The notes under the pieces: generated by a model
Told to the model about the DNA's origin: nothing
The model's input: the letters and a program-made list of their open reading frames with translations, nothing else
Databases searched by the model: none
Source of the DNA: Bdellovibrionales bacterium
Lineage (GTDB): Bacteria; Bdellovibrionota; Bdellovibrionia; Bdellovibrionales; UBA1609
Direction of reading: 5' to 3'
DNA length: 64,000 nucleotides
Assembly (NCBI GenBank): GCA_965219095.1
Contig: CBDCMT010000001.1
Coordinates: 128,001-192,000, forward strand
Part shown: positions 19,014 through 28,066 of the stretch, piece by piece
How the letters are laid out: each line of letters begins with the position of its first letter
Position numbering within the stretch: position 1 is the first letter of the stretch
Position numbers and translations under genes: made by a program

Positions 19014-21716
19014 ATGAAGAAAAACAATTCTCAGTACAGGTATTTAAGTGTACTTAATGCTGACTATATTGAAAAGCTTTATGAAGACTTCTGTCAGAAA
19101 GACCCTAACTTGCCTAAAGACTGGAAATTTTTTTTTGAAGGAGTAGAATTTGCTTTTCAAACAACAAAAAGATCACAAAATGCCAAAGAGGTCTTTGTAG
19201 AGCAACTTCTTCAAGCCTATCGAGATGATGGCCACCTCAAAGCTCATTTAGATCCTCTCAGCCTTAGAAAAAGACAGGATTCTCTTTTTGACTTAGAAAA
19301 ATTTAGCTTAGAAAACAAGGACTTAAAAAAAGTTTTTAAATCAAAAACTCTTTCAAGCCTTATAGCTCATATGGAAAAAACTTATTGTGGCTGTTTGACT
19401 GTGCATGTCTCTCATTGTACTTCTGAAATCAGGAAATGGTTTTACGAACAAATGGAGGAGGAAAAAATTCCATCCCTTTCAGATGATGAAAAAAAATCTT
19501 CTCTCAAGCACCTCATAAACGCCCACACTTTTGAGCAGTTTTTACACACACGGTTTGTGGGAGCAAAACGGTTTTCTATTGAAGGTTGCGATGCTCTTTT
19601 ACCTATGCTGTTTTATTTGTTAAAACAAACAGAGACTTTTAAAATTAATGAAATGGTTATTGGTATGGCCCATAGGGGACGTCTGACAGTTTTAGCTAAT
19701 TTTCTGGAAAAAAATCTAGAAGCTATTTTAAGTTATTTTGAAGGCTATCAAGAAAAAGAAGAGAATTTTGAAGGGGATGTAAAGTATCATTTAGGTTATT
19801 CTACAGATCTTAAAACAAAAAATAAAAGTTGCCATATAAGTCTTTGTTTTAACCCCAGCCACTTAGAGTCAGTTTATCCTGTGGTCTTAGGTATGGTACG
19901 GGCAAAACAACGGTTTCTCAAAGACACTGAGGAAAGAAGAAAAGTCCTCCCTCTTGTCATCCATGGAGATGCAGCTTTCGCAGCACAAGGTGTGGTGTCT
20001 GAAAGCTTACAGCTTTCAAAACTTGAAGGATATACTGTGGGGGGAACGCTCCATATTCTTATCAACAATCAAATTGGCTTTACTACTTTTCCTGAAGAAG
20101 GTCGTTCCACTTTATATTCTTCTGATATAGCAAAAAGCATTAAAGCTCCTGTGATACTTGTTAACGGAGATGATACGGAAGCTAGCCTAAAGGCCATATA
20201 TTTAGCTATAAAATTCAGAACCCTTTTCAAACAAGATGTTGTGATTGATCTTCACGGCTATAGACGTTATGGACATAATGAGGGCGATGAACCTTCCTTC
20301 TCACAGCCTAAAATGTACAATGTGATCAAAACTCATCCTCCTCTAAAAACAGTTTACTCCCAAAAACTTATGACAGAAAAGCTTGTTACATTAGAAGAAA
20401 CCAAAGAGTATGAAAAAGAAAAAAACAAAGAATTTCAGACTGTCTTAGATAAAGTAAGACAAAAACCTCAAGACTTTAAAATTCAAAGTCTTGAGGGTCG
20501 TTGGAAAAAATTGAGAAAAGCTAAGGTAAAAGATTTTGAAAAGTCTTATGAAAAAACAAGCTGTCCTATAGAAACTTTAGATAAAGTCCATTTAGCACTT
20601 TTCAATATACCTCAAAATTTTAACCTTCATCCCAAAGTCAAAAGACTAATAGAAGCTCGTAAACAAATGTATGAAGGAAAAAAAATTGACTGGGGTTTAG
20701 CAGAGCTTTTAGCCTATGGGAGCCTGTGTCTTGAAAACTATCCTGTACGTTTAACAGGACAAGACTCAAAAAGAGGCACTTTTTCTCATCGTCATGCTGT
20801 GTACTTTGATACAAAAAGCAATGAAGCCTATAGCCCTTTATCCCATATTTGTGTGGATCAGGCAGAATTTTGTATCTACAATAGTCCTCTTTCTGAAATG
20901 GCCGTCTTAGGTTTTGAATACGGCAACTCTTCCTCTGATCCTGATTTTTTAACTCTCTGGGAAGCACAGTTTGGGGATTTTGCAAATGGAGCTCAGATTA
21001 TTATTGACCAGTTCATCTCAAGCGGTGAATCAAAGTGGGGAAAAATGTCGAGCTTGACTTTGCTTTTGCCCCATGGCTATGAAGGTTTAGGGCCTGAACA
21101 CTCTAGTGCTCGTATTGAAAGGTTCTTACAACTCTGTGCTCAAGAGAACATACAAGTTTGCAATATCACAACCCCCAGCAATTTCTTTCATGCTCTAAGG
21201 CGACAAGTCAAAAGAGACTTCAGAAAACCTCTCATCATAGCCTCTCCTAAATCACTTTTAAGACATCCTCAAGTGATCTCGCCTCTAGATGAATTCACTC
21301 AAAGCCACTTTCAAGAAATTTTATCTGATCCTCTTGTAACAGATGAAAAACAAATTTCAGAACTCATTCTCTGTTCAGGGAAAATTTACTACGAAATACA
21401 AGAACAAAGAAAAAAAGAACATTCTCATAAAGCTGTTGTAAGATTAGAACAGCTTTATCCCTTTCCCAAAATCCAGCTCACCCCCTTTCTTAATGGCTAT
21501 CCAAAACTTCAAAAACTCACTTGGATTCAAGAAGAGCCTCAAAATATGGGGGCCTATAGTTTTATAAAACCCTTACTTTTTAAGTACTTAAAAGATTTAG
21601 GACGCTCCATTGATCTAAATTATGTGGGAAGGCCTAAGAAAGCCAGTCCTGCCACAGGATCTTCGCTTATTCATGCTCAAGAACAAAGACAAATCGTAAA
21701 AGATGCTTTAGGATAG
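19014..21716 (+). CDS. sucA: 2-oxoglutarate dehydrogenase E1
   Basis: GAKRFSIEG, GMAHRGRL, GDVKYHLG, HGDAAF, RRYGHNEGD, PEHSSAR. Confidence 0.97.
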   Translation: MKKNNSQYRYLSVLNADYIEKLYEDFCQKDPNLPKDWKFFFEGVEFAFQTTKRSQNAKEVFVEQLLQAYRDDGHLKAHLDPLSLRKRQDSLFDLEKFSLENKDLKKVFKSKTLSSLIAHMEKTYCGCLTVHVSHCTSEIRKWFYEQMEEEKIPSLSDDEKKSSLKHLINAHTFEQFLHTRFVGAKRFSIEGCDALLPMLFYLLKQTETFKINEMVIGMAHRGRLTVLANFLEKNLEAILSYFEGYQEKEENFEGDVKYHLGYSTDLKTKNKSCHISLCFNPSHLESVYPVVLGMVRAKQRFLKDTEERRKVLPLVIHGDAAFAAQGVVSESLQLSKLEGYTVGGTLHILINNQIGFTTFPEEGRSTLYSSDIAKSIKAPVILVNGDDTEASLKAIYLAIKFRTLFKQDVVIDLHGYRRYGHNEGDEPSFSQPKMYNVIKTHPPLKTVYSQKLMTEKLVTLEETKEYEKEKNKEFQTVLDKVRQKPQDFKIQSLEGRWKKLRKAKVKDFEKSYEKTSCPIETLDKVHLALFNIPQNFNLHPKVKRLIEARKQMYEGKKIDWGLAELLAYGSLCLENYPVRLTGQDSKRGTFSHRHAVYFDTKSNEAYSPLSHICVDQAEFCIYNSPLSEMAVLGFEYGNSSSDPDFLTLWEAQFGDFANGAQIIIDQFISSGESKWGKMSSLTLLLPHGYEGLGPEHSSARIERFLQLCAQENIQVCNITTPSNFFHALRRQVKRDFRKPLIIASPKSLLRHPQVISPLDEFTQSHFQEILSDPLVTDEKQISELILCSGKIYYEIQEQRKKEHSHKAVVRLEQLYPFPKIQLTPFLNGYPKLQKLTWIQEEPQNMGAYSFIKPLLFKYLKDLGRSIDLNYVGRPKKASPATGSSLIHAQEQRQIVKDALG

Positions 21717-21720
21717 AGTT

Positions 21721-22920
21721 ATGGAGCCTATTAAAGTACCCTCTGTCGGAGAATCCATTCAAGAAGCAACTATCTTAGAGTGGTTTAAAAATACAGGAGA
21801 TTTTGTAGAAGCCAATGAGGTTGTTGTAAGCCTTGAAACAGATAAAGCTAGTGTTGAAATTATTTCTGAACACAAGGGAAAATTAATTCAAAAAGCTAAG
21901 ATGGGAGAAACTGTGAAAATAGGTGCTGTTATCGCTGAAGTTGATACAGAGGCAAAAAAACTTTCTGTTTCATCACAGATTAAAAAAGAAGAAAATACCA
22001 ATAAAAAAACCAACCCTCCTCTCACAACTCCTTCGTCTCGAAAACTCATAAAAGAAACTCATCTAGAAGCTCAAAATATTAAACCTTCAGGAAGAAGAGG
22101 ACATATTTTAAAAGAAGATGTTTTTAAACACCTAAACTCTCCCTCTTCTGGGGCAACTCCTCTTAAGACTGAAACACCGCCTCCCCCTCCCTCAGCACCT
22201 TCTTCCACTTTAGTACTTTCAGAAAATGTGAGTCGCAAAACTATGTCACCTTTAAGAAAAACTCTCGCTAAAAGACTTGTGCAGTCACAAAAACAAACAG
22301 CAAGTCTTACCACGTTTAATGAGGTTGACATGTCATTTATCTTTAACTTAAGAAACAAATACAAAGAAAGTTTTCAAAAAAAATACGGCTTTAAATTGGG
22401 GTTTATGGGTTTTTTTATAAAAGCTAGCGTTGAAGCTTTAAAAACGTTTCCTGAAGTGAACGCTTTTATTGAAGATGAAGAGAGAGTTTATCATCATTAT
22501 TACCATGTAGGAGTTGCGGTAAGCACAGATAAAGGTCTTGTTGTCCCTGTCATACGTCATGCTGATAAACTCTCTCTTCCTGAAGTAGAGCAAAGCCTCC
22601 AACATTATGTTGGAAAAGCCCGCAACGGACAGTTGAGTCTTAACGATCTTTCTGGAGGAACTTTCACCGTAAGCAATGGAGGTGTTTTTGGATCTCTTAT
22701 GTCTACACCTATTTTGAACCCCCCTCAAAGTGGTATCTTAGGCATGCACAAAATAGAACAAAGACCTGTCGTTAGAGACGGTAAAATCGAAATTAAACCC
22801 ATGATGTATATAGCTTTAACTTATGATCATAGAATGATTGACGGAAGGGATTCTGTAGGGTTTCTTTTAAGAATTAAAGAATGCATTGAAGATCCTTCAA
22901 GAATTCTCATTGAGGTTTAA
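21721..22920 (+). CDS. sucB: Dihydrolipoamide succinyltransferase E2
   Basis: Lipoyl ETDKA, LTTFNEVDM, TPILNPPQ, YDHRMIDG. Confidence 0.97.
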   Translation: MEPIKVPSVGESIQEATILEWFKNTGDFVEANEVVVSLETDKASVEIISEHKGKLIQKAKMGETVKIGAVIAEVDTEAKKLSVSSQIKKEENTNKKTNPPLTTPSSRKLIKETHLEAQNIKPSGRRGHILKEDVFKHLNSPSSGATPLKTETPPPPPSAPSSTLVLSENVSRKTMSPLRKTLAKRLVQSQKQTASLTTFNEVDMSFIFNLRNKYKESFQKKYGFKLGFMGFFIKASVEALKTFPEVNAFIEDEERVYHHYYHVGVAVSTDKGLVVPVIRHADKLSLPEVEQSLQHYVGKARNGQLSLNDLSGGTFTVSNGGVFGSLMSTPILNPPQSGILGMHKIEQRPVVRDGKIEIKPMMYIALTYDHRMIDGRDSVGFLLRIKECIEDPSRILIEV

Positions 22921-22924
22921 GGTT

Positions 22925-24310
22925 ATGTTTGATTTGGTTGTAATTGGCTCAGGTCCTGGAGGCTACATTGCTGCTATAAAAGCTTCTCAGTTAGGAATGA
23001 AAGTTGCTTTACTGGAAAAGCGTTCTCATTTAGGCGGTACATGTTTGAATGTAGGCTGCATTCCTTCAAAAGCCCTTTTGGATTCAAGTCACCACTACGT
23101 CTTTAGTCTTTCTGATCTTAAAACACACGGCGTAGATGTAAATCATGTGGAGCTTAATTTACTTCAAATGATGACCCGAAAAGATAAAGTTGTTAAAAAT
23201 TTAACTCAAGGTATCAAGTATTTAATGAAAAAAAATAAAGTGACTTGTTATGAGGGAAAAGGCTATCTAAAAAGTCCTCATAAAGTAGAAGTTTGTGGTT
23301 TGAAGAATACGATCTTAGAAACAAAAAACATTCTTCTTGCTACGGGGAGTGTTCCTGCAGAACTTCCTTTTTTACCTTTTGACAAAAAAACTGTTCTATC
23401 TTCGACAGAAGCTCTTAAACTCAAACAAGTTCCCAAAAAAATGATCATCATTGGAGCAGGGATTATTGGCTTAGAACTAGGATCTGTGTGGAATCGTCTA
23501 GGTTCTGAAATCCACCTTCTTGATATAAGTAAAAACATTTGTTCTGGCATGGATTCGCAGATGACCATGGAGCTTAAAAAGTCTCTAGAAAACCAAGGGT
23601 TAAACTTTCATCTTCAAGCTCATATTCATAAAGAAATCAAACGCTCAGCTCATAATATCACTCTCACCTACACAGACTGTTCAGGAGAAAAACACATCTC
23701 AGCTCCTCTTGTTCTTGTAGCCATAGGTCGCAAACCTTACTCAAAAGGCCTTGGTTTAGAAGATTTAAAACTTCCTACAGATGAAAAGGGAAGAGTTATT
23801 GTAAACTCTCATTTTCAAACCTCTTATGAAAACATCTATGCTATTGGAGACCTTATCAAAGGTCCTATGCTTGCCCATAAAGCAGAAGAAGAAGGTGTAG
23901 CAGTAGCAGAGATTCTCATCGGTCAAGCCGGAGAAGTGAATTACAACACTCTTCCTTCTGTGGTCTACACTTATCCTGAACTGGCTTCTGTAGGAAAGAT
24001 AGAAGAGGAGTTAGAAAAAGGTAAGTACAAAAAAGGAATTTTTCCTTTCAAAGCTAATGGGAGAGCTCAAGCTTCAGGAGATACGGAGGGCTTTGTTAAA
24101 GTTTTAAGCTGTAAAAAAACAGATCGCATTTTAGGAGTTCATATCTTAGGGCCTAAAGCTTCTGATCTTTTACAAGAGGCTGTTTTAGCCATGGAATTTC
24201 AAGCAAGTTCTGAAGACTTAGCTCGAAGTTTTCACTCCCATCCTACTTTTACAGAAGCCTTAAAAGAAGCTTCTCTTGAATGTTACAATAAAATAGCAAG
24301 ACAGATTTGA
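22925..24310 (+). CDS. lpdA: Dihydrolipoyl dehydrogenase E3
   Basis: GSGPGG, GGTCLNVGCIPSK, HSHPTFTE; ATG at 22925. Confidence 0.97.
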   Translation: MFDLVVIGSGPGGYIAAIKASQLGMKVALLEKRSHLGGTCLNVGCIPSKALLDSSHHYVFSLSDLKTHGVDVNHVELNLLQMMTRKDKVVKNLTQGIKYLMKKNKVTCYEGKGYLKSPHKVEVCGLKNTILETKNILLATGSVPAELPFLPFDKKTVLSSTEALKLKQVPKKMIIIGAGIIGLELGSVWNRLGSEIHLLDISKNICSGMDSQMTMELKKSLENQGLNFHLQAHIHKEIKRSAHNITLTYTDCSGEKHISAPLVLVAIGRKPYSKGLGLEDLKLPTDEKGRVIVNSHFQTSYENIYAIGDLIKGPMLAHKAEEEGVAVAEILIGQAGEVNYNTLPSVVYTYPELASVGKIEEELEKGKYKKGIFPFKANGRAQASGDTEGFVKVLSCKKTDRILGVHILGPKASDLLQEAVLAMEFQASSEDLARSFHSHPTFTEALKEASLECYNKIARQI

Positions 24311-24335
24311 ATGATTTTTAATTACACCTTACGTG

Positions 24336-24437
24336 ACACGAGTTTCGACTTTTTTCCTGACTTCAACACAACACAGTGAGTTAAAAAAAAATATTTTCGT
24401 TCTTTTACCTCTAGCTTTTAGTTGAAGGAGTTATACA
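24336..24437. mobile_element. Stacked IS982-like end and IS1634 left-end remnant (from 24356)
   Basis: ACACGAGTTTCGACTTTT followed by CCTGACTTCAACACAACACAGTGAG. Confidence 0.75.
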
Positions 24438-25442
24438 GTAAGTCGGTTTCTTAACAGCCCTTGACTTCTACTGAGGAAACTTTTCTTCTTTTTCTCATTT
24501 TATTTCCTAACATCTTCCCAAAGCGTTTAAAATCTTATGACTGGTATTTTTTAAATGTCTGTATAAGACTTTGAAAATTCATAGGTCAATATTTTTTGCC
24601 TCCTCAAAAGAATCTGTGGGTTCCCGGGAGGAGTCTTTTCTTTTTGATAAGCCACATTAGAATCACAGTAGTTGTTAAAATAAAATTCAAGAAGCTCAGG
24701 TTCAATATAAATGGCTGTGTTTTTAAAAGATTCCTTTCTTTCATATTCAGAAGAGTAAATGATCTCACCTGCCTTTGCTCTGTTGTAAACTTCATCACTA
24801 GCAGCTATGAAGAGATGTCCCTCATGAACAAAAAGAGCTTTCTTGTTATGACACTCAAAATTCATAAAAGACCCCGACATGCCATATAAACCAGGACATC
24901 TATGGCCTAGGCTCCTTTTGATCACTCTTTCATTTTTTCGTATTTTCATCCAACTAAGATTGTGGCAAGTATGGCTTTGTATGTAATCTTTTATAGCTTT
25001 TAGTTCATTTTTTTTCATCTTTTTTAAATGAGATTTTGTTAAAACTGAAGTAATTCTTGCTTGAAGATAGGGGTCTTTAAAGCAGGAATCTAAGTCTTCT
25101 TTGTTTGCTACCCTTTCTATATCGATCTCAAAAGCAGGGATATTGCCTTTTTTGCGGTATCGTTTAGGCATAGGAATCAGGGCTTGATCCACTCCTGAAT
25201 AATGAAGTTCATCATCCAGAACATAACCAGGACTTACAAGACAGTTGTGAGGTTTAAGACATTTTTTTTGAAGAGAAAAGATATTCTTTCTTGGAATATC
25301 AAAATCACCGTTATGATTATAAACCGTAATAACTTTATAATCTTTACTAGGTGCTACACAGGCTCCTCCCGGGAATCTGTGGGTGAAAAATAGCTAGAAA
25401 TCCCCCTCGTAGGAGTCAAGGGCTGTTAAGAAACCGACTTAC
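24438..25442. mobile_element. IS66-end-bracketed cassette holding a 5'-truncated copy of the protease gene
   Basis: GTAAGTCGG at 24438 and CCGACTTAC at 25442; 24438-25360 matches 47661-48583; ISL3 left end at 25361-25406. Confidence 0.85.
24551..25360 (-). pseudogene. Truncated duplicate of the trypsin-like protease at 47774-48850
   Basis: Same translation from CVAP onward; lacks signal peptide and the TAGH histidine. Confidence 0.88.
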
Positions 25443-25592
25443 AGTAATTTGATGAGAAAAAATTGTTAGATAGTTGTTTAAAAGTTAGACACTCAAAGAG
25501 CTTTTAGCTCCCCTTTTTAGGAACTTAAAATCTTTTTTTAAGGTTTTACAAATTCTTTTTATAACTATTTGAAATTAAAGAGCTTTTTCTAC

Positions 25593-25608
25593 TGGCTGTT
25601 TTCTTGCA
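25593..25608 (+). promoter_or_regulatory. Sigma54 (-24/-12) promoter with an upstream IHF-like site (about 25562-25574)
   Basis: TGGC-N7-TTGCA with correct GG/GC spacing; TAACTATTTGAAA resembles the YAA-N4-TTGATW IHF consensus. Confidence 0.6.
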
Positions 25609-25644
25609 TTAAAAAGGGTAGAGACAAAAAAAGAGGAGGTAAAT

Positions 25645-25806
25645 ATGAAAAAAATATTTTTAATCACAGTAATTTTCCTTAGCGGGATTACAGTAACAGC
25701 TGAAGAGTGCAAACATAGCCCTAATCGTCGTTTAGGAGATAATACGAATCCTAATCATAATGATAATAGTAAAACTCCAATTAAATCTTCTAAGGGAGAA
25801 CGGTAA
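25645..25806 (+). CDS. 53-aa secreted peptide (absent from the ORF track)
   Basis: AGAGGAGGT RBS; MKKIFLITVIFLSGITVTA-EECKHSPNRRLGDNTNPNHNDNSKTPIKSSKGER*. Confidence 0.8.
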   Translation: MKKIFLITVIFLSGITVTAEECKHSPNRRLGDNTNPNHNDNSKTPIKSSKGER

Positions 25807-26109
25807 TCGAATCTAAAAAAGAGATTGTCCATAAAAAGGAGTAAACACTGAAATTAGTCCATGACCTTTTCCAAGAGGAAATAGAAAGACTCTGCGGAAA
25901 GTCTTTTTCCTACAAAAAGTCAAAAGATTCTGTCACAGAGTAGGAAGCGAAAAAGGATAACCTCTTTTCATCTGTGATAGTTGCAACTTGATCTAAAACG
26001 CCTATGTACAACAAGGCTGGTTCACACAACTACTTTCCAGCCTAGACTGCTATCTTCCAATACAGGGAACACCCCACCGAATGCTCCCTGTTAGAATCAC
26101 TAAAAAGTC

Positions 26110-26691
26110 TTATGGCTGTACCTTGTCATACTCATATCTAAGAAAAAATGATCTATTGAAAATAAGCCTTATATTTTTTCTTTCATTTTCTTTATCATAA
26201 AATTCCACTTTCAAGAACACTTTAACTTCATGCTTTATAATATCTACGGATTTTTTAGTGACGTAAGTGGTCCCCAAAACAATCTGGAGATTATTTTTTT
26301 CTCCTATATAATAATTTTCTCCTTTCTCAGTACGGAACATAAGGGCCATTTGTTTTTTATTTTCTGCATACCAACTATTAAAAGAAATTAAATAATTATC
26401 TTCTTCATATTGCAACGCAGGAGGGAGACTAGTTGGTATTCGAATCGTAACTGTTTCACCCTCCAATATTGGATAACCAAGTCTTCTTAGTTGTCTGTCT
26501 AGACTATCTTCATAAAAAATATCTTCATAATAACGGGTTTTTAAATGAATCACCAGATGCGAACCATCTTTAGTTGGACGAACTCTAAAAAGCCCATCTG
26601 AAGAGTTGATTTCGAAGTTAGGCAAAGGCTCTCTTGAAGCATATGCAAGTTGTGATATTATTAAAATACCTAAAAAAATTATTTTTTTCAT
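26110..26691 (-). CDS. Secreted hypothetical protein
   Basis: GGAGG RBS; MKKIIFLGILIISQLAYA signal peptide. Confidence 0.75.
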   Translation of the reverse strand: MKKIIFLGILIISQLAYASREPLPNFEINSSDGLFRVRPTKDGSHLVIHLKTRYYEDIFYEDSLDRQLRRLGYPILEGETVTIRIPTSLPPALQYEEDNYLISFNSWYAENKKQMALMFRTEKGENYYIGEKNNLQIVLGTTYVTKKSVDIIKHEVKVFLKVEFYDKENERKNIRLIFNRSFFLRYEYDKVQP

Positions 26692-26807
26692 TTTATCCTC
26701 CTATTTTGTTATTTTGTTTACTTTGTTTATTTTATTTTCCTCCTACTTTGCTTGATACTCTTTACTTGAAAAAACTATTCTTATCTATTAAAAATCCTCC
26801 TTTCACT

Positions 26808-27095
26808 TTAAAAAAACGACATTAGGTCTTTTTTTATGTTTTTTACCTTTTCTTCCAAGAGTTCAAGCTCTCTAAAAATTTTATTCTGATCCGGTTTTTT
26901 CCCTGTAATAAGCTCAAATAGGCTAAGATTAAAGAGTGAGGCGATTTTTGGATACGGCTCCTCCTCTCCTTGAATCGCTCTCCCATATTTCCACTCTCGA
27001 TAGGTAGTTTCCGGAACTCCGAATTTCTCAGCTGTACTTTTTACCGTCCAACCTTGACCTTGTCTTAAAGCTTTTAGTCTCTTATTAAAATTCAA
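26808..27095 (-). CDS. XRE/Cro-CI-like helix-turn-helix regulator
   Basis: RLKALRQ, TAEKFGVPETTYREW; GAGGAG RBS before TTG. Confidence 0.8.
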   Translation of the reverse strand: MNFNKRLKALRQGQGWTVKSTAEKFGVPETTYREWKYGRAIQGEEEPYPKIASLFNLSLFELITGKKPDQNKIFRELELLEEKVKNIKKDLMSFF

Positions 27096-27199
27096 GTTTT
27101 TTCTCCTCTAGAATCTTTCTAGCACACTCTGTTTGTTTTCTAAAATGATATAATTTCAATAAAATTGTACAATAAAATAGAATAATAAAATGAATTAAC

Positions 27200-27279
27200 T
27201 TTTTCCATTCTTTCTTTTACATCCATTTTACGGAGACTTTAGGAGAAAATTGACTGTCCGCAGAAACAGGGGAAGTTCA
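27200..27279 (-). mobile_element. IS3-family left-end remnant
   Basis: Reverse complement of TGAACTTCCCCTGTTTCTGCGGACAGTC seen at 54832. Confidence 0.85.
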
Positions 27280-27375
27280 CAATCGATTATTGATTTTATT
27301 TGTTTGCAGTGTATTAAAGCCATGCAGCATTAAGATTTTAGTCTAAAGTACCCTTACTGGTTAAAGGAAAGTATA

Positions 27376-27632
27376 ATGTTACAAGTGAGTAGACATTCTA
27401 CAACAAAGAAAGCGATACTTGATTTTGCAATCAACCCCTTAGAGGAAGTAATAGCTTATGAGACATTACTTGCTCTTAACGGGGCAACAGAGGTAAAGCT
27501 TGCAAAAGAATTTCCTTCTAATGAACTTATACCAAATACAAGACCATCGAAAATCTTAGAGTTAAAAAAGCAAAATGGGCAGAAAGTAGAGATAGAAAAA
27601 ATTTATCCTCGGGTTGAAACACTTATAAATTC
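27376..27632 (+). pseudogene. 5' fragment of a probable DprA-like protein, truncated by ISL3
   Basis: AAGGA RBS; AINPLEEVIAYETL recalls the N-terminus of mobile-element DprA-like proteins; ISL3 end starts at 27633. Confidence 0.45.
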
Positions 27633-28019
27633 GCCTCCTCAAAAGAATCTGTGGGTTCCCGGAGGTTCTGGCAGTTTTCCAAGGTTATGATATAAGGCGA
27701 TTTTTATAGCTTTAGAGGTTCTAAAGCCGTAAGATTTTCTCATAGTGAGTTTTACTTTGTTGTTTAAACCCTCTACAATCCCTGAGGTGTAATAGTCTTT
27801 TATCAGGAGTTTCTCAAAATTTTAGAAAGTTAATGCTAGAGGTTGCGTCTTTTTTCGTTTTTTTCACTGAAATGGCTTAAAAGGCCTGTACGCCTTCTTG
27901 AAAACTACTGTTTTGTTTAAGTTATGAAAAAATATTTAACCCTCTATAGTAGAAAGTAACAGGAATAAAGATCATACAGCATAAAAATCCTAGGCTTTTG
28001 TCAATTTTTCACGTTCGAC
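27633..28019. mobile_element. ISL3 right-end remnant (27633 to about 27787) fused to IS5 right-end remnant (about 27790-28019)
   Basis: Matches 55355+ and the reverse complement of 52379-52608. Confidence 0.88.
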
Positions 28020-28066
28020 TATTTAAACTTTCAAAAAACTTAAAGTTGCTATCTAAGAACATAAGA

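Noticed and set aside
19874..23568. Minus-strand ORFs inside sucA, sucB and lpdA
   Set aside because: Shadow frames of well-supported genes
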